Shown here: piece after piece, positions 51,788-64,000 of the stretch
Layout: every line of letters begins with the position of its first letter
Position numbering within the stretch: position 1 is the stretch's first letter
From: Psammoneis japonica
Taxonomy: Eukaryota
Length of the DNA: 64,000 bases
Direction: 5' to 3'
Assembly: GCA_008632985.1 (NCBI GenBank)
Contig: QPGO01000108.1
Location: forward strand, 176,476 to 240,475
Translations under genes and position numbers: made by a program
The notes under the pieces: generated by a model
What the model was told of the DNA's origin: nothing
What the model saw: only the letters and a program-made list of their open reading frames with translations
Database searches by the model: none

Positions 51788-53739
51788 ATGAATTTTGCGA
51801 TATGTAGCGTGCTTTTCACTCTGTCAGTGGCTAGTAGAGTTGCTGCCTTTGTTCCTTCTTCTTCACGCGCCGCTTTTGGGTCGTCAACACACTCATCATC
51901 CCAGTTGAACGTCGTCGGCCAACAGGCAGAATCTTTTGGACCAGCGCAAGCTATCCGAAAAGTAAAAGAGGCACTTCCTCAAATCGATTGGTTGGCTGAG
52001 GGGCACGGAAATCCTGCAAATAAAGTAAACATACCCGACCATGTAAAAGCAATTTTGGCGCAACCGCAGGCGCCCAAGCGAGAAGCCGAGAACGAAGAAC
52101 GCACAACACGAATTCGTGGACGCTTCGAAGAGGCGGCTCGAGATGCCGCTGCACTGAAAGGGATGTGTGTCGACGAAATGGACAAAAACGCTTGGTGGCG
52201 CTCACCAACAGACACCCCCAGAGGTGGTCGTGAAGTGACAAAGGATGATCCGTTACGTGTTTTGGTAGCGGGTGGGGGTCTGGCAGGTTTGGTAGCTGCC
52301 TCGGCATGTCATGCCAAGGGTATGAAAGTTGCTATTTTTGAACAGGCCTCGTCGTATGCACCCTATGGAGGACCCATTCAAATTCAGTCCAATGCGCTTC
52401 GAGCTATCCAGCAGATTAACCAAAAATGCTTTGAAGAACTTGTGGCGGCCGGCACCGTCACGGCGGACCGTGTGTCCGGATTAAAGATTGGATACCGAAA
52501 GGGAAACAAGCTGGCTGGATTGTATGATGCTGGAGATTGGCTTGTTCGGTTTGATACCGTTGGACCTGCGCTGGAGGCTGGGTTGCCCGCTACTGTTGTC
52601 GTTGATCGTCCAGGTGAGGCCAAAATACACAGTCGCAGGCTTCGTTTCACAACTTTGCCTAACACTTTGTGTCCTTGCTCTGATATGCAATCGTAAAAGT
52701 TATTCAACAAATTATGGTTAAGTATGGAATCCCAGAGGGAACGGTTCGGATCAAGTCGCGTATTGAATCCTACGAAGATTTGGGTGATGGTCAAGGTGTT
52801 GTTGCTACGTTGGAAGACGGTACCAAGGCATATGCTGATGTTATTATTGGCGCCGACGGTATCTGGTCACAGATTAGAAAAATCCTTCACGGACTGGGAG
52901 ATGGTGCGGGTGGATTTGCTGCATCTGGAGCGGCAGGAGGAGCCTTGGACGATGCCGAGGCCCGAAAGTTGGCCAGAGATACAGTTAAAGTCGCTGCACA
53001 GGCCGACCGGCGCTATTCCGGATTCACTTGTTATGCCGCCCTCTCCGATCACCGTGCCTCAAATATTGAGGATGTTTCCTACCAAATTTTGCTTGGAGAA
53101 AAGAAGTATTTCGTGAGTACAGATGGCGGTGGTGAACGACAGCAATGGTTCGCCCTGATCCGTGAACCAGCCGGTGGAGTCGATCCCGAACCCACACCCG
53201 AAAATCCAACCCCCAAACTCAATCGTCTCAGAAAGGAGTTTGCGGCTGTCGGAAGTGGTGGCGATCCTGATGGAAATGAATGGGATGGTTTTGCCCTAGA
53301 ACTCATCGAAGCTGCATCGGAAGCCGATATCAAGCGTCGCGATCTATATGATGGAGCGCCTTTGCTGACTACCCTAGATCCACAACGTCTTCTCAGTCCA
53401 TGGGCAAAGGGGCCTGTGGCACTTTGTGGAGATGCCGCTCATCCCATGATGCCCAACCTGGGACAGGGTGGATGCCAGGCCACCGAGGATGGGTACCGGC
53501 TCGGTGAAGAACTTGGAAAAGTCACACATACGAAAGACATTGGTTCGAAGCTTGCTGGGTATTCACGAGTTCGTGTGATCCGAACAGCTATCATTCAGGG
53601 ATTTGCCCAGTTGGGAAGCGACCTGCTTGTTGATTTTGATTTGATGATGACCATCCCTCTTCTTGGTCCTTTCTTCTTGACAATGACTCAGCTATCTATG
53701 CCATGGATCTTGCGATTCTTATACACCGCAGAGTTCTAA
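51788..53739 (+). CDS. ZEP: Zeaxanthin epoxidase family FAD monooxygenase, plastid-targeted (intron 52614-52699)
   Basis: Bipartite presequence (..VAA-FVP); [52 protein letters not shown]. Confidence 0.92.
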
Positions 53740-54365
53740 CTGTAGAACAGAGCTTTGTCGCTAATGTATTTGTTTAGGAGTTTTAGGTTTTGTGCTTCTG
53801 GACAGACCTGCAGGATGATACTCGCTGTTTGCTGGGACTTGCCACCGTTCTCCAAAAAGACATGACGGCCAAGGGTACGGCACGAGATCCACCATTCCAA
53901 AGACGAACTCAAACCCTTACTGTTCTTCATACAGGTGGATTCCGGCACGACGTAGGAAGAGGAGAACGAAGGAACTAGAGGGATACAGAGAAACCCAGGA
54001 CCGAAGTCTCGCCTTCTGCTGTAATGCGAGCAATGGTTGTGAGTTCCTTTCTCCAGAGTGCCAATGTGCGAAAAGCGATTGGAACCGCAAAGTGCGGGAA
54101 GTTCTCTACTGTGATTTGGAGATAGACAGAAACTAAAATAGACTTGTTCAAGATTCATGAGAAATGAATCAAGAAAGCTACCTATATGATTCCAACAAAG
54201 CCAAAGCATCCAGAGTCTGCTTCTTCGTTTTCCGGTACACAACACTTTCCATGTGCAAAGAGTAATACCAAGCAAAGTCACGTCGCTTCTCCATACACTA
54301 CATTTGGTCCCAATGGGATTTCCTCATCGAGGAGACTGACACATATAGACGACAAAGGCGTACGC

Positions 54366-56083
54366 TCAATCGGCATGAGCAGCACGCTTTTCTTCGAGCT
54401 TCTCAATCTTGCCGGTCGTGAGAAACTCGTGAATCTTGTCGGCGGTTCCCTTTCCAATCCCCTCCACCTTGTTCTTGCCGGGCTTACCAAGCTGCTTGGC
54501 ATTATCTTCGGTGATTTCCATCTCAAGGTCCATAATGGCACCAGCAGCCTTGGCATAGGTGCTCCCAGCATTACGGTTGCCTTCTTTAAAGTAAAAGTCA
54601 CGCAATTCGGAAATGACTTTGAAAATGGGGGCATTCGCCGGCACCTTGCATGCCTTGCCCGTAGCCGCGGCCTTTTTCTTGGTCTTCTCCTCGTTGTGCG
54701 CGACAAAGCCATACTTGTCCACCACCATGGCGGCAACCTCGGCGGGAGTCGCATCTCGGTTGGCCGTGACAAGCTTGCCGACCGCCATGGTGGCCTTGTT
54801 GGTTGGGAGGTCCACCTGATTGGCGGTACAGATTTCGACCAAGTCGGCCGTCGCCTTTTTGATTCCAGCCTTGGAGTCCAAGTTCCACTCCAATTTGGAA
54901 GCAATGTCGACAAGCTTCTGCTTGTCATCGTCGCCACCCTCGTCCTGACCTTCCTCCTTTTCTTCTTCGGGAGGTTGCTCCGTGTACCTAAACGAAAAGA
55001 GAGAGTCAAAAGACAGTGTTGGAAACAGAAACGTCATATCCATGTGATACATATTCGCGGAATTGTGAACATACCATGGATGGAGGCGTGGGGCGTCCGA
55101 GAGCTTGCACTTGTAGCTGCAGCTTCGATGGGCAGAAATGTCTTCATCGAAGTAGCCACCGCACACGGCATTCTCGCCATGAAAATCTTCAATCTTGAGC
55201 TTGCCCTTTTCACAGAGGGGGCAAAGGCCCAGACGGCCATGCTGTTTGAAAATTACAAGAAACATATGGCGTTGATTAGTTTGTGAACATAATAAACTTA
55301 CAAACCTTACAAACTTATGGAGCTCTCAATACACAGCATAAGAAGTAACTTACCATGTGCCCATCAATGACACGGAGCAACAGCTCGTTCTTGGTGCCGC
55401 CCTTGATCTGCCCATTCCAGCTATCATAAGAAAGCAGAGACGATATGAGATTCCATACACACGAGGCATACACAATAAGCGCATAGCATAAGCTTACGTA
55501 CCCGAGAAGGTCCTTCAGCTGATCGTTCTTGTAGCCGCTGTACATGCCGTAGAACTCCATCTCGCCTTCATCTTCAGCCGAAAACTTGAGCTTCTTCGCC
55601 GGAGGCTCGTCGCCTTCTGCAGCTCCGACGCTTTCAAGATTCTTCTTGATCTTGGCAATCTTGCCCTCTTCTTCCTCTAGCTTTTTTGCGGGAGACTTGC
55701 CCTTGGAGGCAATCTTTGCAATGATTTCCTCCTTTATGGATTCGAGCGTTCCATCCTCGGTGTTGTCTACCAACATGTCATTCACAAAGGACTCCTCGTT
55801 TATGCCTTCTTTTTTCATGTTGCGAGTCAGATTGAAGCACTCGATATGGGTCCACCTTAAGGACAATAGAAGAACAGCAACATAAGTTCAGCGTCTCTAT
55901 GCTATACAGGAACAGAAGTTCTTACGGTATGTACTTACGTTTGCATATCGTATTCGCGCCCGGTCCCGGAGTGCTCTTGCCCAAACGAAGTTCATTCTTT
56001 GCAATCTTGACCTTACATTTCTTGCAAGAGGAGCGTCCGCTCTTGGCGTGTTCAATCGAATACGTTGTAGTCGTCGTTGACAT
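54366..56083 (-). CDS. Multi-exon zf-PARP + PADR1 + PolX-type 8-kDa HhH (dRP-lyase-like) domain protein
   Basis: YSIEHAKSGRSSCKKCKVKIAKNELRLG..WTHIECF (zf-PARP); LKDLLG..GGTKNELLLRVIDG..GRLGLCPLCEKGKL..CGGYFDE..C (PADR1); YAKAAGAI..EGIGKGTADKIHEFLTTGKIEKLE (Pol beta N-terminal-like). Exon borders only partly resolved. Confidence 0.8.
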
Positions 56084-56744
56084 GGTGTTGCTTCTTTGGT
56101 CCTTGTTGGATCTTTGGGGAGATGATGGAGGAAGAGGAGGGGAGAGCGAATCGACCCCGAAGCTGTTGATACAGTAGAGATACGAAAGAGAAGGAAGAGA
56201 CGAAGCGAGCAACAGCAAAAGTGCGGCTTGAGAGGCTTGTGTTGTTCTGTTTGGGGGCTTTGCACGACGGTGTAGTCAAGCATTGTGTGTTGTGCGAGAC
56301 ACCGAGCTGGATCGAGGATTCGATTGATCTCTCGCGTCTTTGGCCGCGGAAGATCTTGCTTCGTACATTTCTACTCGAAAATGCGCATGTACGATCTTAC
56401 AGCGGTTCTCCGTACATTCATACCTGCGCGCCAAAAACTTCTGTCCATCGCTCGTGATTAGTACAAGACTACTGGAGATTTCGCATGTACAATGTTACAG
56501 TGATTCTACGTATTGATTTTCTCCGCGCCAAAAATTCTGTCCGTCGCTACGTGGAATGACGCAAGAAGCTGTGTCATCACTCGCCACTCCGCTCACTTTT
56601 TTTTCTCACAACAGCAAAAACGACAGGAAGAACCACCGCATCACTGTGTTGTACTCAACAAGTAGTCTCCGTTGTCGAGGCACACATATTACTCTCTCGG
56701 AAACAGCTAGAAGGCTCGTCAGGTACCAAATAATAATCAAGAAA

Positions 56745-57679
56745 ATGGCGCGGAAATTCCAGATCCACAATGCACTTTGGTTAGTTGCTGTCTTGTTGAA
56801 TGCATTAGTGACGTTGATGCCTTTTGCAACCTTCCTACAAACCGAGGTCAGCATGAAACAATTTTATACTCGCAGCAAGAATCACAGAGTCGACGAGAGT
56901 TTTGGAGCAAAAGTGCATCGACCTTCGTGTCGACACTGATTGGATCATCTCTGGTTGGGTCTGCTCCCGCTGTAGCCAAGGACGAACTCTTCAAGGCAAA
57001 CCCACTCACAAATCCCGTTTTGGAAAAAGTAAGTAGTAACGCAAGAACACACATGCCATTAGTAGGCTCTCTTGTTTCCGGTTTTGTTTCAATTTACTTT
57101 GTTGAATACCGGTAGGTTCGCATATGGGAGCAAGCCGAGGCTGACGAATTGCGCTATGGTGGAGAATTAGCCATGGGCGACGAGGGAAACCGCGGAAAGA
57201 CTGAAATTTATGCACAACTCTTGCTACCCATTGTACAAATTGCCAATGAATTACAACAAGTCAATACTCTTGTACGGGATTCCTCAGAATCTTCTTGGAA
57301 ACGGGCACAAACCATTTTGAATCAAGCTAAATATGAAAAGATTGCATTCAAGAAAATCTTCAACAAATACGGAGACAATATTTATTACAGTGATCCGGAT
57401 CGTGCCAATTTGTACTTGGGTGGTGGAGCCACACCCAAGAGTGAACAGTCCATGGCGTATTTGCTGCGAAATGATTTGCTCACCAATGTCGAGGCGCTCA
57501 AGGCGGAAGTGGATTACTTGCTCCTGGATTCAACAAGTGCAGAAGAAAAGGCGGATACACAAGACTTGTTTCGATACGCACAAGCCTGCACGGACGCCAT
57601 GCAACGGTATTTGAAACTGGTGCCACCGGGAGAATTGGAACAAGCGCAAAACGCCTTGGCGACGACAAGTGCAAAGTAA
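56745..57679 (+). CDS. Putative thylakoid-lumen protein (signal + transit + TAT peptide); intron 57029-57115; frameshift ~56810
   Basis: Hydrophobic signal, then SRREF..hydrophobic..PAVA twin-arginine motif; helical mature region. Confidence 0.65.
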
Positions 57680-57833
57680 GGTATAGGCAATGGCAGAAGA
57701 ATCGAGTCATAAAATATGAAACACGCTATAGATTCATTATTTAGACACGCACGAATATCAATACCACATAGAAGAGCCACGAACATGTAATTCCTTGCGC
57801 TATTCGAATGGTCGCCGCGGATATTGGAGCCAA

Positions 57834-59753
57834 TTATTCCCCCGTAGGAGGTTGACTCGTTTCACTTGGCGTCCCTTCACTGGGCAATTGGGATGGCATT
57901 TCTGTAACTGTTAGTTGGTCGGGAGTAGGGCCTTTTGTGGGGGGAATGGTCGGTTCTTGGGTTGGACTTTTGGGCAATTGGGATGGCATCTCTGTAGTGG
58001 TTGGTCGGGAGTAGGGCCTTTGGTGGGGAGAATGGTCGGTTCTTGGGTTGGACTTTTGCTTGGACTTGCTGTCGGTCCTTGGGTGGGATTGCCGCTGGGT
58101 TGCACCGTCTGGGTCTGTTCCGTTACAGTGGGACTCGCCGACGGACTTGCACTGGGAATCTTTGTTGACTCATTGCCGCTTGGACTCTCTGTTGTTTGTC
58201 CATGGGTTGGAGTGCTACTTGGTTCCACTGTCAGAGGCTGCTCCCTGCCAGTGGGACTCTCCGACGGACTCGCAGTGGGAGTTTTTGTTGGAGGGGAACT
58301 TGAGGGAGGAGGAGTGCTGGGTTCACCTTCAAAGGTATAGCAAGATGGTTCAGCTAACATGGACCATCTATAGTCAGTGTAGACACCAACTGATCCGGTG
58401 GGCAAGGTTCTCGTTTCATCAAAAAAGTAAGTCGCAATACGATTGCATTCGTAAACAACAAATTCCAAAGGGTTTTCAATCAAATCCAAGGGTCTTTGGA
58501 TCGGGGTTTCAAAAGTATTGTCGTCAGCACATTCCACAAAGGGGTCGTAGTATCGAAAGACGCTCGATGCATCCCCACAAGCTGTACCAAGTCGTAGAAG
58601 AGGAATTGCCTGCGGAGTCAAACTGCTGGTTTTGCCATCGCATTCAATGTCCAGAGAGTCCATTTCGACTGACGTCTCTGGAAGCTGATTTGCGGTACAC
58701 TCCTGCAAGCAGAAGGAGGACTTGTTAGTTGCATGGTCACAACGAGAACGCACACCAAAGACTTACATAGCTGGCACCGCTGTATTGACGAGCAAACACG
58801 TCTGAAATGAAATTGTCACCCGACGGCTCGGCGCAAACCAAGGCAGAACCATCACCTTGTAAATCACATTCGACGGTGTCGAAGAGAGTATCGACCAATC
58901 TGATTTGACCGCCGTTCAAGCACGTCATCGTGACGATCGGCCTAGCATTTTCTCGGTCACAAAAGACATTACCAAATCGATAGGCCACAGCCCATAACGC
59001 TTGAAAGGTCACGGAATATATTCCAGGTGGCGAGGAACGAGGCAGTGGAGACGATAGACTAGGAATGGGTGAACCGTCAAAGGATTCAATGCACTCGGAT
59101 GGCAATCGATGTTCTTCCACTTCCAAGATCACATCTTCATACGGGACGGCACAATTGCGACACGACGTACCCGATCCGCACGAGTACACACCATCCAGTT
59201 GGAAGCTGGGTGGTTCTCGTGCCGAAAAGCATTCTCCAGAAGTACATTCAAAGTAGTTTCCCGAAAACGAAAAGTCATCGTTGTCACTACATTCAATCCC
59301 TAATTGCGCAATATGAAAGTTGCGAACGGCGTTTCCGAATCCACATAAACCGTCACCTGCATCTTGATAGATGAATTCGGCATCGACACTAGGTCCGGTA
59401 CACGAAAAGGTAATGTTCCCAAAGACCCCATCGGCAGGAGTTTTGGAACTGGTCGTTTCTAACCAAATGCTCGAACATTCGGCCTCGGAACTGCAAGTCG
59501 TTTGACAAGTGGCTTCATTCGGGAGTCCACTGCCATCATCATTGCACACAATGGTAGAATCAGATGTACTCAGAATCGCAATTTCGGATCCGACGGCACA
59601 TCTTGCCAACAGCACGGGATCGGGTCCATCACACGAAAGTCCACGAAGAAATTGAAACCGTCCACGATAGGTGGCTCGAAAACGTTGCGCCATTCCTTGT
59701 TCTGTTGTTGACCAGAGAAGAATCAAACCAACTGGGTATTGGGGGATTCTCAT
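57834..59753 (-). CDS. Secreted Cys-rich protein with Pro/Thr/Ser mucin-like tail (intron about 58706-58766; frameshifts in the tail)
   Basis: N-terminal hydrophobic segment; many Cys; repeated SPSxSPT/PTQxPT units. Confidence 0.7.
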
Positions 59754-60149
59754 GGTCCTTTCTGTTTTCTTGCAATAGAATAAGTTCTCAAGGTGTCTCT
59801 CTCCTCTCTTCGTTTTCGCACGTCCGATGTGTCAAAACACCCTCGGTGGCAGCTTTACACTTTCTATTGTTTCTATTGTAGGACCGAGGAAGAAAAAAGC
59901 TTTTGAGGAGGACAAAGCAAAGGCAACACTGTATAAGTACAAGGATTGATCCTGGGTGCGGAAGAATGAAGAGGAGCTGTGACGGCGGGAATGTATGCTG
60001 ACTTCAACATGAGTGACACCAGGTTCGTCTTCATGACGTCTGCTTTCAGTCGTGTTCGCTTTTCAAGACTCTGACGTTGCAACCTTGTGATGATTGCTTC
60101 TTCATTCGTCATGTTGAGACCATCAACTAAACGCCAAACGCTCACTTTT

Positions 60150-61300
60150 CACAATGATGACAGATGCAACTCCCTACAATGAATCTCATCCTTTTGGCTT
60201 CCTTGTCCCCAACCCCACCCTCTGCTCCATCCTCAAAGTTGAGGAGGCTCTTTCTCTGGTGCAGAGTCGCGAGCAATGAATGGCCTCACGGAAAGTGCTC
60301 CAGCAGCAATGGAGATGGAACTGTCACAGAACAAATGGAACAGTGTGTTTTCAGCAAGAACATTTTTGCAAAATGTTTTCATGTTGCAAAAAGCAATGTG
60401 GTTTGATGGAGGATTGTGTTCGACGGGTGCTCAAATCAAAGGAAAGAAAGGCGCGCGAAGTTTTTGATGAGAGGCACGATGAATCAGATCACATCCATCA
60501 CAACACTGGACACACCAAGTCCATCATCTGCTGTCTCAGGACATCAATGGAGCCTTTGAAATGGAGCAAATGATTTTTTTGTGAGTTTGGGCTTGCATGC
60601 TTTGACTTGTTGCAGCGGCGAGAGAACGCAGCACATCTAAAAAATGGCGGCAATCGTTGCTTTAAGCTCAAAGCATTGCATGGGAGACTGTTGACAGCTG
60701 CCCAGCTTGCTTCTGAAAGAGGCTTTTGAGTGGGCAGTCAAGGTGTAGACAAAAGCTGTTGAGCAAAGACATGGAAGATGAGGAGGCAACATCATCAGCA
60801 TCGACAGCAATGAAGAAAAGAGACCCCATCTCCCAGGAAGCAACAACAAGAAATGTGACAAAGAGGACAGCACAAGCCGACAAAAAAATGAAAGCTTCCC
60901 TTTGGATTGCCTGCCAAAGCTCTTTGAGTCCTGGCAATTGTTGATGAATGAGTTTGGGGTTCTTGTCATTGAGGTGGTCTGCTCTTTGGTGCTGCTGAGA
61001 GAACCTGAGTTTCAGAATGACACTGGCTGCAAAACAGTTTGATTTGTGCCCCTTCACAAGGTGTGCATGGGGTGAGCTTGCTCCAACCCCAAAAGCATCA
61101 TGGCGACGATATTTGAATGATCAGGTTTCTTGGCCAAAAGGGCAGAATCCAAGGTGCGGGAAATGATGTTGGTGACCATCTTTGCAGCACAATCCGTGAA
61201 CTGAGAAGACAAGTGCATCTTACAGCCCCGCAATCATTCTCATGATCGCATCTTTATTCTTGACGATGATGACAACGAGAAGAAAGAAGAGGATTTACTT
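60150..61300. mobile_element. Partly CpG/TpA-depleted decayed element, unassigned
   Basis: TA scarcity and TG/CA richness between genes; no intact ORF. Confidence 0.35.
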
Positions 61301-61578
61301 GCAATTGATCTTGAGTGTTGGGATCCTGTTCCAGTGGGAGAGGCGAGGACTACAAACAATGCACTGGTGTACCGTATGCTGAGAGACATAACTGCTGATT
61401 GTACCTTGTTCCTATTGATTATACCTTGTTTCAGTCGCTACAGAAAGACCAAATTGACTAGTGAAACTGATGACAAAGCTCATGTGCTGGTCCCATGCTA
61501 CTGTTGAATGCAGTGCTCTGCTATTGCATTGAACTAGCAGGCATGTCGTCGAAGCAATGTACCCTTAAGTGCATACAT

Positions 61579-62070
61579 TCATGATACGATTCGAATCATT
61601 GTGCTGCGTATCGAATCTAAAATTTCATCAATGGCTGCTTCTGAAAAGCGAGACAAGGAAGGAATCAAGGCCACGGCTTCTTCGACCAACGTATCGGTTC
61701 CCACCAAATTCATAAGTGCTGCAACCTCAAAGGCGTGCAACTCCATCTCCTCTCCCTCCTCTGTTTCTTTGCGAAAGGTGGTCAAAGCCGCTTGTAAATT
61801 ATCCAGTTCATTCACCAATTCCTGATGTTCCTTTTCGGGATTGGTCATGGTATTGAATCGATCCACATATTTTTGAGTCTTTTGGTAGACACTGTTTAAC
61901 TCCTCGTCGCGACTCGTTGCCGTTCGCGCACTGACTTGCAGCAAGACGGCCACTTGTGCGTTGCTTAAAATATGAATATCTTCGAATTCCTTTCCAAACT
62001 GACGATTGGCAGCATCTTCTACTTGATTCACTGCATTATCGTTGCCGTTTGACAAGGCACTGTCCGCCAT
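61579..62070 (-). CDS. RPB4: RNA polymerase II subunit RPB4
   Basis: FGKEFEDIHILSNAQVAVLL..KTQKYVDRF..LHAFEVAALMNL..EEAVALIPSL, typical of Rpb4/HRDC-like. Confidence 0.88.
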   Translation of the reverse strand: MADSALSNGNDNAVNQVEDAANRQFGKEFEDIHILSNAQVAVLLQVSARTATSRDEELNSVYQKTQKYVDRFNTMTNPEKEHQELVNELDNLQAALTTFRKETEEGEEMELHAFEVAALMNLVGTDTLVEEAVALIPSLSRFSEAAIDEILDSIRSTMIRIVS

Positions 62071-62289
62071 GGTGCCTTTTGGTGTTATATTCTTTTGCAG
62101 CTCGTCGAATTAGCTTCGAGACGCGACACAGCAAAAACCGCGGCGGCGCCCGCCAACGTCCAACGTCTTCGGTCGTTCTGTGTTGACGAGCTCGAGATTC
62201 CGGATTCCATCAATGATTGACACCACTTCAAAATTTCAAAAAATCTCAAATTCTTTTTCTCACAATCTTCTCTTTCTCCGCATCGCATC

Positions 62290-63170
62290 ATGTCACCTCC
62301 CCAGCACGCCTTTGCTGCCATTCGTTTCTTGCTTTTGGCTTTGCTTGTTCTATCATATCGTCCAACGAATTCTTTGGTAATGAGCATGGGCATCAATGGT
62401 CCTTCTCAGCAAGCCGTTTGCGCAGGCGAGCGTCTCGTGGTTGTCACGGGTGGTTCACGGGGCATTGGTAGAGCCACCTGCATGCTGCTCGCGTCCAAGG
62501 GTTACAATGTAGCAATCACAGATATTCTACCAGCCGATTCTGTTGTAGAGGAAATCACATTGCTCAAAAGGATGACGAAAAGTGCGGCAAGGTACTCTCG
62601 TTTGTCGCGGACATTTCGCAGCAAGACCAAGTGGCAAAGTTTTGACGACATTGTTAATGCTTTGGAATGATCCCGACGGGACTCGTGAACAACGCAGGAG
62701 TCATGGAAAAGATGGAAAAGGACATTACAAAGATTGACAGCGCCACGTTGGATCGAGACTTTGGTGTCAATGCGTACGGGCCGTTCTTTTGTATCAAGGA
62801 ATTTGTCAAACGCATCCGCGTCCATCGTGAAAAGGGAGGTTCGGGAGGTACGATTGTCAATGTGTCCTCGGTTTCCGCTGAGTCCGGACAACCGCTGGCC
62901 TATGCCATGTCCAAAGGAGCGCAAGAGTCTCTCATGTTCGGCTTGTCGAAAACGTTACCCGTTCAAGAGGGGATTCGAATCAATACAGTGGTGCCCGGAT
63001 TGATTGATACACCCATGGCTCCTGAAGGTCAGGCGAAACGTTTTGAAGAGTACATCCCTTTGCGACGGGCTGGCCATGCGACTGAGGTCGCAGAAGGCAT
63101 AGCTTTTCTGCTCTCTGATGCTAGTAGCTATTGCAGTGGAGCCAAGCTAAGAATCGCCGGTGGCATGTAA
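62290..63170 (+). CDS. Short-chain dehydrogenase/reductase, with apparent frameshifts at about 62560-62670
   Basis: VVTGGSRGIG, LVNNAG, IVNVSS, YAMSK, VVPGLIDT. Confidence 0.85.
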
Positions 63171-63368
63171 CATACGCTTTGTTCACTTCGTCAATGGGCT
63201 AACTTCCGTTCATAAGTATCAAATCATCAAATCCGAGGTACTACAGTATCATTGTTGTTCCCTACCGCTATAAGTAGATTACTACCTCTAAAAGTATGTG
63301 TCAGAATACACACCCGTGTTTTCCTTAACGATGTCCTACAGTCGCACCCATACATTTTGCGGCTTCCC

Positions 63369-64000
63369 CTATTCTTGCTTGGCGACATCAGCATTGAATT
63401 GCCAATCCGGTGGAACCGCCATGGCCCAATTGAATTTGTCCCGCAACGTCTTGGAGAAAATCTTTTCAATCGGGACTTCGTTCCTCTTGCACCACGCTAC
63501 CGAGATTCGCGGGTCCATGTAGTTAATCTGATTATGACGAGCCGAGGAGGAGGCACGTAAGCACCACGACATGAACAAAAATAACCTATACCAGACCAAA
63601 ACAGCAATGCTACTCACCTTGGACGTTCCCAGCGACACCTCCTTGTTGTCGTCCTTGTGCTTCAAGTCCATTTCCATCTTTGTAATTTTCGCACTCCAGG
63701 CCTTGATTCGTTTGGCAACCTGGTCTACGGTTGGAATCTTCTCCCATAGATGTGCTTGGGTAAACTTGGCTTCTGCGGCATCGCGCTTCTGTTGCTTGGC
63801 AGCCTCGTCCGCTTCCGTAGCAGCAATCTTTTCGGCATTCGTCTTGGCCTCCTCCTTGAGACGCTTGGCACGAGCCACGGCGGCATTGGCAGCCTCGACC
63901 ATATCCTTGGGCGACTTTTTGAGCGGAATCTTCTTTGTGTCGCCATTGGTGACCATTTTTAGAATTTTCTTCAACACCTTCTTTTGACCCTTGAGTTTCT
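63369..64000 (-). CDS. TOP1: DNA topoisomerase IB, C-terminal part (intron 63528-63617)
   Basis: [49 protein letters not shown], including the catalytic Tyr. Confidence 0.95.
   Translation of the reverse strand, partial: KLKGQKKVLKKILKMVTNGDTKKIPLKKSPKDMVEAANAAVARAKRLKEEAKTNAEKIAATEADEAAKQQKRDAAEAKFTQAHLWEKIPTVDQVAKRIKAWSAKITKMEMDLKHKDDNKEVSLGTSKVSSIAVLVWYRLFLFMSWCLRASSSARHNQINYMDPRISVAWCKRNEVPIEKIFSKTLRDKFNWAMAVPPDWQFNADVAKQE

Noticed and set aside
54186..55286. 366-aa plus-strand ORF
   Set aside because: Antisense shadow of the zf-PARP/PADR1/HhH gene.
63528..63617. Hydrophobic 30-aa insertion next to the TOP1 active site (as shown in the ORF track)
   Set aside because: It is a 90-nt GT-AG intron without a stop codon; splicing restores the canonical GTSKINYMDPR.

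Overview
Eukaryotic nuclear DNA, very probably from a diatom (GT-AG introns, bipartite plastid-targeting presequences, zeaxanthin epoxidase, helicase-associated HA-domain gene, Ambal-like LINE). Gene islands with normal dinucleotide content alternate with long transposon-derived blocks (about 1.45-9.1, 9.45-12.2, 14.65-27.55, 31.6-36.25 and 47.2-49.25 kb, weaker at 60.1-61.3 kb). In these blocks BOTH CpG and TpA have almost entirely been converted to TpG/CpA. Decayed LINE motifs show Tyr->Cys/His (TA->TG/CA) together with Arg->His/Cys/Trp/Gln (CG->CA/TG). This points to a repeat-targeted hypermutation process that includes A:T->G:C changes at TpA, unlike fungal RIP or simple 5mC decay. Nested in these blocks are three copies of a TIR-less element family with 17-18 bp target-site duplications. 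Genes include an HA-domain protein, a beta-helix protein with one exon per rung, a PHO84-like phosphate transporter and two GH16 paralogs. Also present are a giant MYND/RelE-like/UvrD (TRANK1-like) helicase, ZEP, a zf-PARP/PADR1/PolX-lyase fusion, a thylakoid-lumen protein, a mucin-like secreted protein, RPB4, an SDR and the 3' end of TOP1. Several genes carry 1-2 nt frameshifts, probably assembly errors. Family assignments and consensus motifs come from my own recognition, not from database searches.
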